Source: Octopus bimaculoides (Eukaryota). From it: a stretch of 54,973 nt of DNA. Of the stretch, positions 12,558 to 25,599 are shown piece after piece (within the stretch, counting starts at the first letter, position 1; the number at the start of each line of letters is the position of its first letter). The DNA lies in the NCBI RefSeq assembly GCF_001194135.2, contig NC_068986.1, positions 46,895,640 through 46,950,612 of the forward strand, in the 5' to 3' direction. Under the pieces are notes generated by a model that did not search any database, was not told the origin of the DNA, and saw only the letters and a program-made list of their open reading frames with translations. The translations under genes and the position numbers were made by a program.

Positions 12558-13369
12558 NNNNNNNNNNNNNNNNNNNNNNNNNNNNNNNNNNNNNNNNNNN
12601 NNNNNNNNNNNNNNNNNNNNNNNNNNNNNNNNNNNNNNNNNNNNNNNNNNNNNNNNNNNNNNNNNNNNNNNNNNNNNNNNNNNNNNNNNNNNNNNNNNNN
12701 NNNNNNNNNNNNNNNNNNNNNNNNNNNNNNNNNNNNNNNNNNNNNNNNNNNNNNNNNNNNNNNNNNNNNNNNNNNNNNNNNNNNNNNNNNNNNNNNNNNN
12801 NNNNNNNNNNNNNNNNNNNNNNNNNNNNNNNNNNNNNNNNNNNNNNNNNNNNNNNNNNNNNNNNNNNNNNNNNNNNNNNNNNNNNNNNNNNNNNNNNNNN
12901 NNNNNNNNNNNNNNNNNNNNNNNNNNNNNNNNNNNNNNNNNNNNNNNNNNNNNNNNNNNNNNNNNNNNNNNNNNNNNNNNNNNNNNNNNNNNNNNNNNNN
13001 NNNNNNNNNNNNNNNNNNNNNNNNNNNNNNNNNNNNNNNNNNNNNNNNNNNNNNNNNNNNNNNNNNNNNNNNNNNNNNNNNNNNNNNNNNNNNNNNNNNN
13101 NNNNNNNNNNNNNNNNNNNNNNNNNNNNNNNNNNNNNNNNNNNNNNNNNNNNNNNNNNNNNNNNNNNNNNNNNNNNNNNNNNNNNNNNNNNNNNNNNNNN
13201 NNNNNNNNNNNNNNNNNNNNNNNNNNNNNNNNNNNNNNNNNNNNNNNNNNNNNNNNNNNNNNNNNNNNNNNNNNNNNNNNNNNNNNNNNNNNNNNNNNNN
13301 NNNNNNNNNNNNNNNNNNNNNNNNNNNNNNNNNNNNNNNNNNNNNNNNNNNNNNNNNNNNNNNNNNNNN
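12558..13369. other. Largest assembly gap (N-run)
   Basis: Other gaps lie at about 7782-8171, 10114-10546, 19910-20283, 24792-25238, 38912-39143, 41879-41973, 43090-43411, 45151-45445, 48004-48057 and 51731-52282. Most are flanked by microsatellites. Confidence 0.99.
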
Positions 13370-13941
13370 AAAAGGAATAGATACTATCTTCAAGAAACTT
13401 TATTGTAGGCGTTTTACGCCAGATTTATCTAAAGCAGAACATGTGAAGTGTTCCAGTATTAAGCTTATAATCTGCATGTTTTGTCACATTAAATGTTCAT
13501 TTATTTATTCACAAGCTGGAAAATTTCAGCAAATATTTATGTAGGTGTTTTTTTTTAAATACCTTCTTTAAAAAGCTAAAGGGCTTTGAATCGTATGGTC
13601 GTATCTATGTCTAATTCTGATAGAATGTTTCGCAGCTAAAGGTTAGATTTTCTATTGCTGTCAATGCTTTTTTTTTCTGAAAAGAATACTTTTGGCAAGA
13701 AGATCTTCATTAGAACACGTTTTATCAAAACGTCAAAGGAAAATGTATATCTATATATAGATATATATGTATATTTTATCTCACTATTTTCACAATTCTC
13801 TTGTTGAACGCCATAGAGGAGGTTGTAAGCTTCAGATGAAATGACTTTGCATGTCTATTTCGATTTTACGTTCTGTATATTTCCGTTTATTTACTGAACG
13901 AATATTCTAAGAAAAATTACGCTTTAACACCCCTTTACCCA

Positions 13942-14181
13942 TTTTTTTTACTTGTTTCAGTCATCGACCCCAGGGCTTATTCTTTGTAAGCCTATTACTT
14001 ATTCCATCAGACTCTTTTTGCCGAACTGCTAAGTTACGGGGACATAAACACACCAGCATCGGTTGTCAAGCGATGCTGGGGGGACAAACACAGACACACA
14101 AACACACATNNNNNNNNNNGGGACTGAACCAGGAACCATGTGGTTTGTAAGCAAGCTACTTAGCACACAGCCACTCCTGCC
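13942..14181 (-). mobile_element. tRNA-derived SINE, internally gapped or deleted
   Basis: High identity to 44182-44595 (ttttgccgaac.gcta.gttacgggga..taaacacaccagcat.ggttgtcaagcgatg; ggaaccatgtgg; cacacagccactcctgc). Confidence 0.9.
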
Positions 14182-14877
14182 CCTTTGTCAATATATGGGT
14201 ATTTATGGTTCTTATCTCGGTTGAAGTGGTTTTCGAAATACCCTCTTACTAAAAGCTGCCTAATCTAGCTACAATCTTTTGTTCAGCTACGTGTTACATT
14301 ATCCAATTAGTCATTTGTTTAGATATCTAGTTATTAAACCAACAGAGGACTATCAACGGGATTGTCCAGCCAGCTAGAAATAACAACCAAGATTTCCCTC
14401 AAATCTTATGTTCTATTTTATAAACGATGTCTAAATAAAAGAAGATTTAATTATGGGTAGAACGCTTTTGAAAATGGATCATGTTAATTAAAGCCGATCT
14501 GGGTCTACAGAGCAACTAGCTGTTAAGTTATAAATCTATACATATTTTTCTACTTATTCAGCAAACTATTTCTCCTCACTTATTCAGATAGCTATGTCTT
14601 CTAGTTTGTTTCACTTATCATGCCTGCTTAATTAACTTAACTTGGAGAGCTATTTACCTTGGTTATGCGCTTGTTAATCTAATTAACCCGCTTGTTCAAA
14701 AAGATGAGGCATATTTCTTTATGTGGAAATCTCTTAGATTAACTACATGCTAAAATATTATTAACACGCAAAGACACACCCATGCATATAGACATACATG
14801 CAATGGCTACAAATATAAGTAGTTAAGCATATTCAATGTCTACCGCAATTCTATTTGCATAGTACTAATCGCAGCTT

Positions 14878-15437
14878 CTAATTTAGGGACAAGATCAGCC
14901 TACTTGAGAGGAGAGGATTAGACGATACCACCGACCCCCAGAACTTGACTAAAAGCAAAGTTAACCTCGGCGGGATTTGAACTCAGAACGTAAAGCAGCA
15001 GTAGAAATATTGGTTTCAAATTTTGACACAACACCAGCGATTTTGGTTGAAGGAATGAGTCGATTGCATCAACCTCAGAGTTCAACTGGTACTTATTTCA
15101 TCCATCACTTATGGATGAAAGGCAAAGACGACTACAGTGGTATTTGAACGTAAAGATGATTAAAATGCTGCTAAGTATTTTAGCCGGTGTGCTAACTATT
15201 CTGCCAGCTCACCGCCTTTAGTGCCAGAAGAAATACTGGTTTAGAATTTGGATACAAGGCCAGCAGTCTCGTGGGATAACATCGACGCCGTAGTTCAACT
15301 GGTACTTATTTTATCGACCTCGAAAGAACGAAAGGCAAGGTCTGTCTCGGCGGAATTTGAACTCATAATATAAAGACAGATGAAATGCCGCTAAGCAATA
15401 TGCCCGATGTGTTAACGATTCTGCCAGCTCAACGCTT
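14878..15437 (-). mobile_element. Three head-to-tail tRNA-derived SINE copies
   Basis: Repeated blocks: ggcg(g)(g/a)atttgaactca (copies 1 and 3), actggtacttattt and ttctgccagctca (copies 2 and 3). Units are about 14878-14997, 15009-15217 and 15236-15436. Confidence 0.85.
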
Positions 15438-15889
15438 TACACATTATTACTAACAAGAAAATTTTGCTGTATCCATTTAATAGACTACAAGTGCCTGCTG
15501 AGTAACATTAAACTACTTGAAGTGTTACTAGCAGTATTCATGGGGATTTCAATATTATTGGAAGTTTATAAAGAATTATGCTATACATCAGTTCTTTTGA
15601 AATTGTGTCTTTCATTAAGAGTTTCACTTTTGCGATGGCACCAAGTCTACTTCACTTTTACCCAGAAATTTAGTGTATATTATTTTTATAATTACGTCGA
15701 AAAATACACATTCTTAAGTATGGAATGAAATCAAACAGTATCTGTAATAATATTTATGATAAGATTGCGTCCATAAAGCTTTAACATGTATTTATGCACT
15801 GTAGAATATCCTTATTTACATATTATGTATGTATGTATGTATGCATGTATGTATGCATGTATGTATGCATGCACGTATGCATGCATGTG

Positions 15890-16930
15890 TGTACGAAGGG
15901 AGCTATCTCCTTTCTGGTATTGAGAAGCCTAATTTCTCAAGATTGGTATTTAGGCAGTGTGTTACATATCCCAGGGCCCCAATAATTACAGGTATAAACC
16001 TGATCTTGTAATCTGGATAGAGTAACTGCAGGTTTCTCAATAGTTCAGCGTAGGCATTCTCTTTTTCACTGATCTTCAGATTTATGTTAACATCCACTGG
16101 GCAGCTAAGTTCCACAACTCTTCTCTATCCCAAATCATTATATCAGGTCTGCCCTTCTTACATTTTACTGATTTTACTAAGGTCTTCACTAGTACATTCT
16201 GCCAGTACTTCTACCATACTGTGGGTTCTTATTTCTTTGTCCTCAAGGTTATCCTTCCGACGGATATCATTTTAGAGCGTCCTAGCTACAACATCATGTT
16301 TCATCAGTTGATAATACCATGATGACATTTTCGGACAACTGCTTATGATTTGGGTGATGTCTTCGGTGTTAACTCTGCAGTCTGCATCGGCTGTCACATT
16401 TTACTGCTTTTCCTGCATGTCTATCCCTTTTGCGCATGAGGTACTTGGTTGATTTATCCTGTTCCTATATTGCAAACGCATACCGTTCAAAGTGGGAGGT
16501 AGTACTTCGGCTATTGGTCCATGATAAACTGCTTTGATGGTCGGTGTTTCTATGATCTCGGAGCTTTCTACTAACATATACATACTTCTTCTCATATTGG
16601 CTCATCCTTTCATCTCATGATACGTTGCGGTAGAGTCGTGCGACTTCTTTGGGCATGTATTCTAGGTTATTAGGCAAAGATTGTTGTTCAAGGAGCAGCC
16701 TTCAAAGTCTTATGATATTATCAGCCTCATATATGCAACCTTGGTGAGGGGATGCACTTCGACACTTGGTTGTTAAAAGATGTTGCCGAAGGGATATGAT
16801 ACAATATTTAAAGGTATTTTGGATCGCTGTTGAGTATCTGCCGCCTTGTTTTGGTTTTGGGTAGAAGCAGTCTACGTCACTGTTTATGTGGAAATTATGT
16901 GTGCTTGTTAGTATTTTCGAGATTTTCACA
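15890..16930 (-). mobile_element. R4/Dong-like RLE non-LTR retrotransposon, truncated (copy A)
   Basis: Minus translation shows the post-RT motif NFHINSDVDC.Y.K.KQGGR, then SHFERYAFAI*EQ..STKYL, a zinc knuckle CRL-CRVNTEDITQIISSCPKMS..HDVVA, and the RLE RPDIMIWDRE..VELSCPVD.N..K..EK...Y..L..LYPDYKIRFIPVIIGALG. (TATG)n lies on both sides. Confidence 0.9.
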
Positions 16931-17139
16931 ATGTATGTATGCATGCATGCATGTATACATTCATGTATGTATGCATGTATGTATGTATGTATGTATGTAC
17001 GTATGTATGTATGTGTGTGTGTATAGATGGATGGATGGATGGATGTATTTTGAAGACAGTAAAATTCTAATTATTGTATTTCGTACCTATTTGTTATTAT
17101 TTAAACCAATATTGTTTTTCTCTTTCTGATATCATGAAA

Positions 17140-18740
17140 CCTCTTTTCTCACTTGGAACTCTTACGGAACACTGGTTCACCATAAAATAATTGTTCATAA
17201 GCATCAACACTAATGATATGACAAACTCAACCCAACTGATACTCACTATGCTGCACCACCATATTGTGACAGTCATTTGAAAATTCCTCTGCTATGTGAT
17301 AATAATTTTCAATTAATATTTAAATATTTAATATACATCTTAATCATTTCTGGAATATTCTTTGATGGATTTTGATGTGCCTTCAATACAGCACACATCT
17401 TGGGCAATTATTTTAAAGATATGCTGATGTAAGCATTATAAATGCAAAGCTTTAGTGAAAAGCTTAATTTCCAGAATCCGATGATCCATCCCTAGAACTA
17501 GGTCTGTTGAGGTGTACACAATAACCCTCTATGTAGTTCTACATACTGCTTACCTGAGGGAGGTGTAAATATCGCATCAGATTTCGGACTTTTGATAATC
17601 CAAGAATCAGTACAAACACTAGAAATGTAATGCACTTCTTCCAATGCTCTCACGACTCTGAGAATTCATCTTTCTAAATAAGCCACTAAATCACGACCAT
17701 CAACGAGCAACAAATTGCAACTACAGTCAGGAATGCTTAGGAACAATTCATACTGAACAGCTTATTAGTTGTTCGGTAGTGGACAAAGATATATACTGTA
17801 CAATTCTAAATGAAACTTTTGGGTAATTAATATCGTAAGGTATAATAGAGAAAAAAATTAGGCTCCAGTACATTCTCCTTTTCGACCCATTGTCTTAGGG
17901 GTTTTATCTGACAGAGCACCATCTGAACTGAAGTAAGCTTTCATACCAGTATCTTGTTGGTCAAACATGCTGATAAACATAGGATGACATTCTAAAGTTC
18001 CCAGAATTCTACATATTCCATTTCTATTCTCTGAGTCAAAAAACATTCATAAGACCAACAAAACTGGATATAAAGGGAGACCTCGCTTCAAGCACTTTTC
18101 CTGCTATTGTCTGAAACCAAATATCCTTTCTGCCGTGCCTCTACGAGATCTACAATATATATATATATGTATTTGCAAACGATTCAACAAGAGACTGGTG
18201 GATATCTTACCAACATTTAGAAGCAGAAAAGTACCATGAAATCATCGTAGTTTGATATAGCGCTTTTTCTTTTACCGTTAAACAGCAATATCAGTAGTGC
18301 ATCTATTAAATCTTGTGAAACTGGAAAGGCATCCCACACATTGGCTATCAAGATGGTCACAAACAACCATGTTTATAACATCAGAAGATACCTCTTGGTC
18401 TTTTCCTGAATTGAAATATTTAATGTTTAAGATCATGCCTATTTCTTCAATAATTTGGTTCTGAGGAAGGTCTATTATAACATTTTAATGTATTGAGCAT
18501 GGGCTATCAAAAACATCTATGAAATGATATTTCAAAATATCCTCAGTAACACTGATCAAAATGGATCCACTTTTATATCGGTGAGGAGCATATCCTTGCT
18601 TTAGTAAACAGACAGAATGCCCTTACCGACAGTCGAAGTAAAAAGAATGACGTTTTTGAGAATAATAGTACAGATTCTTCTGCTAAGATTTGCAGGATAT
18701 AGAGAAGAAAGTCGCATGACACCTCAAGACAGTGGCAATC
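17140..18740 (-). mobile_element. RTE-clade LINE reverse transcriptase remnant (pseudogenized)
   Basis: Minus frames give LIANVWDAFPVSQDLIDALLILLF, CRSRRGTAERIF..QEKC, FFDSENRNGICRILGTL..MFISM..TGMKAYFSSDGALSD, LLLVDGRDLVA (degenerate YADD) and FTPPSGKQYVE. A (TA)n tract interrupts it near 18160. Confidence 0.85.
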
Positions 18741-18914
18741 AGTTCAATGATTCGAGACAATCTTGATATGTAATAAACTCATTGATAAAACTATACTTGG
18801 TAGCGTAAGTTTAATCAGTAGGTCAGTCATTTTATACTTATTCAGGTACAAGTGAAGCAAATAGGCGGCACCACATATATGAGAATAGCTAATACAAAAG
18901 TAGTTTAATTTTAT

Positions 18915-19410
18915 TGCCAGTTTTCGAGGTAGCTGTAGAGGCCATCTCCTTTGCAGCCTCATCCCCGCCTAAACTGGTAGGATTGATGTTATTAATGTTC
19001 CTCTTGAGCCTTTCCAAGTCAACACCAGCGGTAAAGATAAGAGCAGGGAGGGGGAATTCCAGAGAACCGATGTAATGTTAAGAGCACGACTCGGGTGATA
19101 AAAGGGAAAAAGACAAATAGGTCGAGAGTACTCGAGTAGAAGTGTAATAATGCCAGCCAGCTCCGAAAAGCAAAGTCCATTATAGTAGCGGTACAAAAGA
19201 CAAGGAGAGGGGATAAACACGCCTGTTCGTTAGATGCTGCAGTGTATAGGTTAGGAATACTATGCTAATCAGTTGGGATGTGATTAAGGATGCAACAGCA
19301 CCATCCCAGATGTGGGAACAGCATGCTATTTTGAAGCCATTGTAGAGTAACAATAATTGTTGGGGACTTCTGGTCCTGTAGAGGAGGGCAGGTCATTGGC
19401 AGGAATATAC
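18915..19410 (-). mobile_element. CR1-like LINE 3' end
   Basis: Minus translation gives SPQQLLLLY..CCSHIWDGA and CLLYRYYNGLCFSELAGII...TSVLWNS, followed by a short 3'UTR ending ggcaataaaatt. Confidence 0.75.
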
Positions 19411-21968
19411 ATGTGTATATGTTACTGACTGTGTGCATACGTGTCTGTATATTCCCGTGTGTGTATGATCGTCTATGTGTCAATATGGATGTATATTTGA
19501 TTTCGGTGTACCTGTTCCCTCATACTGTTATATGTACGTGTTTGTATGCCATTTCTCTCTCCCCACTCTGTCTCTCTCATTGTGTGTAAATATATGTGAA
19601 TGTTTGCGAGAGAGAGAGAGAGAGAGAGTGAGAGGGAGAGAGAGAGAGCGAGAGGGAGAGAGAGTGTGTGTGAGAGAGCTTCATCGTTAGAATGTAGATA
19701 ACAAAAAAAAGACATGTCCTATTTTAAACTTGAGGAAAGTCTTTCATTTTTTTACTGTTGTTTAATCCAGCGATCAGAGTTCTTTTAACGTAAGTGATGT
19801 ATTCAGGTATACGATAGCCATGTGTCTTTTAGTACCCTCTTTTTCTCAGTAATTCATCGTACCCTGTTTACCTCTCCTGAATCTCATATATTAACATACA
19901 AATTGACTTNNNNNNNNNNNNNNNNNNNNNNNNNNNNNNNNNNNNNNNNNNNNNNNNNNNNNNNNNNNNNNNNNNNNNNNNNNNNNNNNNNNNNNNNNNN
20001 NNNNNNNNNNNNNNNNNNNNNNNNNNNNNNNNNNNNNNNNNNNNNNNNNNNNNNNNNNNNNNNNNNNNNNNNNNNNNNNNNNNNNNNNNNNNNNNNNNNN
20101 NNNNNNNNNNNNNNNNNNNNNNNNNNNNNNNNNNNNNNNNNNNNNNNNNNNNNNNNNNNNNNNNNNNNNNNNNNNNNNNNNNNNNNNNNNNNNNNNNNNN
20201 NNNNNNNNNNNNNNNNNNNNNNNNNNNNNNNNNNNNNNNNNNNNNNNNNNNNNNNNNNNNNNNNNNNNNNNNNNNNNNNNNNNGTGTGTGTGATGTCATA
20301 AGATGCCGATTTTCGTCACTCTCAGTTCTCTGTTGAAAACTGACTTCAATGCTGGAAACAATAAGTATCTGTAATATGCTAGGGACCGATTTAATCGATT
20401 ATTCAAAAAAATTCGTTTTATGACAGAAGAAATCCATTCTTGCAATTCACTCACAAGCAGCAATTGACAGTGAACACTCTGAATATCCATCCTACTCCCA
20501 CAATTATGACTAGTTAATTACGACAATTAATAAGACAGTTCTCAATTTTTCCTGTCTAATGGAGCATCAGGCTATCGCCTCACATTTTTTCCTTGGTGCA
20601 ATATGAAAAAAAAAACAACTGTAGCAACAACAACAACAGCAACAACAACAATAACTATATTAATATCATGAAAATTGTTAAATACAATCAGCAACAAATA
20701 ATTATTTATCGGGACCCCTCTGCCCAACGACTGTCCTTTGTGATGTGTATCTACGCTATTAACTCAACTCGCATAGAGAGATAGAGAAATAGGAGACTCA
20801 TAATGATAGTTAAACACTAAATTAGCAATTATTCAGGAATGCATCACCAAATTAGTTCTTTGATAGTTTCATAAATATCTGAATTATTGTTTCTTCTATT
20901 GATAACAAAATCACACTAATTACCGCATTCTACCAGCTGTAGGAGAAAGGAATGGCTACACTTAGTTGTTAGATACCCACTAACATTAATACCATATTTT
21001 TCTGTAATCATGAAATAAGCTTGGTTGCTATACGAATTAATTATGATCTTACTTGTAAGTGGTACCATAAATACTAAAAAGCTAAATAAGAAAAAACAAA
21101 ACAAATACAAATAGAAATAATTATAACAATCATATCGATTTCTAACAAAATGGAGACCAAATAAATGATACTCTCCGCTGAATTTATCCGTTTCTCTCAG
21201 AATTATTGCTTTCAGAATTGTTCTTTTATCCACGAATTGGTTTTTAGTATCAACTAACATTCACTGATCCAGCTTTATTGGTTTCATTTGAGAGATTGAC
21301 AGTGTATGTTCTTGTTTTGTTTTATCATTTGCATCTGTCTTGTGTATATCGAGTGTTTATGATTACTTGCTTACGCTAATTTTAAGTTCCAACATTATAT
21401 CAATAACTTCAACCGAACTAATGAAGCGGAACTTTTGTTTTCTAGAATCATACGAAAGCAAATAGCTGTGCTTCGTCAATATTTGTATTCTGTAAGCCAT
21501 GTGTCCCATGATCTATTGTGTTGTTAGTAGATCACCTAAAATGTTTATGAAGTTCTAGTATATGGAGAATATAGCTTGTTGAGGCTGAATTTCTACATTT
21601 TCATCACTTAGTCTAATAGAGAGAAAATGCTGCACAAATACTTTCCAAACCCTCCCCAGGTTGTTGAAAGTAATATGGTTAATATCCAGTTTGTACGTCT
21701 GCAAGAAGCACTTTTTTGACTTGGAGGTAGAATGTGATCTGAAGAGAAATCGTTAGGAAAAGTATTCAATCTGGAGTCTCGGTGACAAGTATAGTGAATA
21801 TGAGAAGTGGAGGGAAGGCATATGAGTTAATAGTATTGTATATCAAAGATGAATGATAAAGTAAGGACATATCACATTCATCTAGTAGCCTTCGCTGAGT
21901 GTCTGTAAGTGAACGTTTATTTACATTAGTATAAGTTGTGAATACATTCCAGAATGTGCGTGGTTGTA

Positions 21969-23290
21969 CTGGGTGAAGCAGAGAGGACAGATGTTTTTGA
22001 AAAATTCACAAAACCATTGATTTTAGCTGCAAACAAATTTTATTGACATCAGTGTGTTTATACTGAATTAGCATTTGTCAAACTCAAATGTGAAAAACAA
22101 CATTCATCATGTGGTGTCCGTTTTCATTGATGCATTTCTGAGAGCGTTCTTAGAAGTTGGCCTACACTCTCTCTAACATTGCTCTGTCGATTTGTGCGAC
22201 TTCTATTCGAATAGCTTCCTTCAAATCATCCAATGTACGGGGCTTATGTACATACACACGTGCCTTGAGGTTTCCCCACAAGAAATAATCACACAAGGAC
22301 AAATCAGAAGACCAAGGAGGCCAAGGAATGTCAGCAAATCTGGAAATGAGGCGGTCACCGAAGAGAGGACGAAGAACGTCCATCGATGCTCTGGCTGTGT
22401 GGGCCGTCGCCCCATCCTGCTGAAACTACATACGTCGAATAGGCATATGTTTTCGTCATAATTTAGGCACAAGGAAGCTGTTTACCATTTCGATGTAACG
22501 CTCGGAGTTCACAGTAAGAACATTTCCATTATTGCCGTCAAAAAGTAAGGATCAATGACGGCAGCTTTTCCAACAGCATCCCAGACCGTCACTGTTGGGC
22601 TGTGCAGTGGGTCTATCGTGCAGCTCTCTCGGATTTTTAAGAGCTCAATAACGACAATTCTGTTGATTCTATCGAAATGAAGATAAACTTCATCACTCAT
22701 TAACAAAATGAGCTTGTAATTTGCCTCAAAAATTGCTTCTATCTGACATGCGAAGTTAAGCCGCTGTGCATAGTCCCATGGTTTTAACTGTTGCTCAATG
22801 ACCAATTTGTACAAGTGGAAATGCAGGTCTTCATGCAAAATACGCCTTACCGTGATGCCAATTTCAATGGAATGCCTCCGAGCAGAGCGATTCGGATTCC
22901 GTATCAAAGCTTGTCTGACGCGTTTCACATTTTCCGGGATCCGTACCGTTCGTGGTGTCCCTACCGGTCACCTATTCATTAGTGTACTTCGTGTTCGTAG
23001 TGCATTCACCCAACGTGAGATTGTGTTACGGGCGGTAACAGCCTGATTTCGATGAATGCTGAAGTGGCGCCGAAACTCACGCTGAACTGCTGTAGAAGAC
23101 CCGTTATTCTTCACGTAACTATCGTAGGCAAACACGCGATGCTCTTCTATCAACAGCGCCATGGCTTCACTTGAAAAGAAAAAAATTCTAAGATACCATG
23201 GACCGAATAGTACCTGTCGGACATGAATCTCTCCTCCTAGGGAGGAGTAATAGCCATTTCAAAAATGTGCATCTTCTTTGCTCCGCCCTG
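21969..23290 (-). mobile_element. Full-length Tc1/mariner DD41D (rosa/Visitor) transposon with frameshifted transposase
   Basis: Imperfect TIRs of about 34 bp (ctgggtgaagcagagagga...tttttgaaa and the reverse complement cagggcggagcaaagaaga...tttttgaaa), with TA at 21967-21968 and 23291-23292. Transposase pieces: HRVFAYDSYVKNN..VQREFRRHF, LLMSDE, FQQDGATAH...WPPWSSDLSLCDYFLWG. I count 41 residues between the 2nd and 3rd D. Confidence 0.92.
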
Positions 23291-23517
23291 TACTATTATC
23301 TGTATGTATTCTATAGAAAATGTACTTGTAAATGCATATGCGCTTATATAAGCTCGTTAACTATTCAGTGTTCAAGAATTGTCTAATCGAGAAGAGTAAC
23401 CACAGTTATTATATATTAGTGTCAGATAGCAACCTATATACGTACGAGAACGTGAATTCAGCACTACAATCTAGTGAAACTGCCTTCAAGATATAGCAAG
23501 CGTTAATTACTCTAAAG

Positions 23518-23610
23518 CAGGGGTGGCCAAATTTGCTTAACGTAAGAGCTACACCCGATAAAGTTCAGATGTTCGAGAGTCGCACAAGACATGAACAAAA
23601 TATACAATGT
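23518..23610. mobile_element. hAT (Buster/Charlie-type) terminus
   Basis: Begins CAGGGGTGGCCAA, preceded by ctctaaag, which is close to the NTCTAGAN Charlie/Buster target. Confidence 0.5.
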
Positions 23611-23639
23611 GCTTACATTTGTATATGTGTCTATGTTTG

Positions 23640-23785
23640 TGTGCTGCAACTCAGATCGATAAAATAAGTACCATACCTGACAAAATAAGTATTGGGGTTG
23701 ATGTGATCGTTCAAATACCTTCTAGGCAGTGTCCTACCATGGTCACGGTCTAATGACAGCAGCCAGTAAAATAAAAGAATGCAGT
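23640..23785 (+). mobile_element. SINE 3' half
   Basis: tcgataaaataagtacc...tattggggttgatgtgatcg...ggcagtgtcctaccatggtcacggtctaatgac...gtaaaataaaag. Confidence 0.65.
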
Positions 23786-23844
23786 TAACATGAAAGTAAA
23801 AATTTCATCCCGCCCCCGCAATTCTTTTGTTTCTCACCTTTTTC

Positions 23845-24320
23845 CTAATTTTTTCCAATTTATTTTCCAGTAAAAATTTCTTAATCTTTCTGCAGTCCTT
23901 AGAGTTTGAGATCTTTTGCATTTTTAACGCTACAAATACATCCTTTGTTTCTTCTCGTCATTTCAAATTAATCTTTGAAATCGAAATCTTAAAATTTAAG
24001 CAAAAAACTTCGTGCGTACAGACTTGCACACAAATATGCTTGTATGAATTGAGCAGACAAGTTCGTACATACGCGAGATTTTATTTACATTTTAAAATTT
24101 CAATTTCAAAAAACGGAATTTGAGATTTTGAGAAGACACAAATCATGTATTTGTAATGTCTGCATTTGAAAACGTAAAATATATGGGAAAGAAACAAAAT
24201 ATCTCAAACAATGAGGATTTTAGGATGGACATTATAAAGTTTAAATTATTTTTTCTTTGTAAAGTTGTATGGAATAGAGTTAGTAGAACACAAATTTGGA
24301 AACAAATTCGAAAATCACCA
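23845..24320. repeat. Old fold-back / MITE-like inverted repeat
   Basis: Arms at about 23845-24025 and 24056-24320 align as reverse complements (gtttgagat.ttttg; tacaaatacat..tttgt.tcttctc; tttgaaat.gaaat.ttaaaat; gtac..acttg). Confidence 0.65.
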
Positions 24321-24549
24321 AAAACCAAAATAATTACGGTCTGTTAAAGCTGTGCTTTCATCTGAAATACGTCAATAACAGAATATGTTTTAATTGTTAC
24401 TTTCACATTGTGCACCAAATGTTTTAGCGTATTTAATAGAGAAACACTTACAAAAAGTATGTGGATTTGCATTTGAGTAACCTAAAATTAGATTGTCAAG
24501 AATAAAAGTAAAAAAGAATACATACATACATACATATATATATATATTA

Positions 24550-24575
24550 TCATTATAATTATTATTATTATTATA

Positions 24576-24616
<41 letters not shown>

Positions 24617-24791
24617 CATTATCATCATCATCATCATCATCATCATCATTATTATTATTATCATTATTATCATTATTGAATGAGAGAGCAGTGCATGCCA
24701 TCAAAGTGACACTGGGGTAAAATATACAAAGCCCAATATACCCATCATGACTATCCGTCTGATAAGGGTACACCAGGCACATGAATCACAC
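24550..24791 (-). mobile_element. Retroposon 3' end with (AAT/GAT)n tail, cut by a gap
   Basis: Unique segment gagagagcagtgcatgccatcaaagtgacactgggg... directly abuts a long (ATT)n/(ATC)n tract. The family is recalled as a common Octopus repeat (unverified). Confidence 0.55.
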
Positions 24792-25599
24792 NNNNNNNNN
24801 NNNNNNNNNNNNNNNNNNNNNNNNNNNNNNNNNNNNNNNNNNNNNNNNNNNNNNNNNNNNNNNNNNNNNNNNNNNNNNNNNNNNNNNNNNNNNNNNNNNN
24901 NNNNNNNNNNNNNNNNNNNNNNNNNNNNNNNNNNNNNNNNNNNNNNNNNNNNNNNNNNNNNNNNNNNNNNNNNNNNNNNNNNNNNNNNNNNNNNNNNNNN
25001 NNNNNNNNNNNNNNNNNNNNNNNNNNNNNNNNNNNNNNNNNNNNNNNNNNNNNNNNNNNNNNNNNNNNNNNNNNNNNNNNNNNNNNNNNNNNNNNNNNNN
25101 NNNNNNNNNNNNNNNNNNNNNNNNNNNNNNNNNNNNNNNNNNNNNNNNNNNNNNNNNNNNNNNNNNNNNNNNNNNNNNNNNNNNNNNNNNNNNNNNNNNN
25201 NNNNNNNNNNNNNNNNNNNNNNNNNNNNNNNNNNNNNNGTGTGTGTGTGTGCATGTATGCATGTATGTATGTATGTATGTATGTATGTATGTATGTATGC
25301 AGTACAGTTATGTACTACTAACGGTTACTTAAATTGCCGATGTTTTCTGCACATGTTTTAGTAACACGCCTAGTGTCTCCAAGCAATCTTTACTCTCTAA
25401 GCAAATCGCTTATACAAGTTATAGATCAAGACGATAGAATAAGAGAAATCACGAGAAAAAAAAACGAGAGGAGAGTGGATGTAAAAGTCGAAGGGTGAAA
25501 GCAATGGAGAAGGAAAGGAAGAATTAGTATTATGTGGCCTTTAACCGTAAAGTCATAAAGCTAATTGATATAGAATCAACGGAAGTTTTGCGATACGCT

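Noticed and set aside
14878-15437. CRISPR-like repeat-spacer array
   Set aside because: The units are about 200-bp eukaryotic SINE copies, with no short identical repeats, unique spacers or cas genes.
21300-21950. Possible decayed LINE endonuclease (FSSDHIL) or PLE N-terminus on the minus strand
   Set aside because: Only isolated short motifs among many stops, so I cannot classify it.
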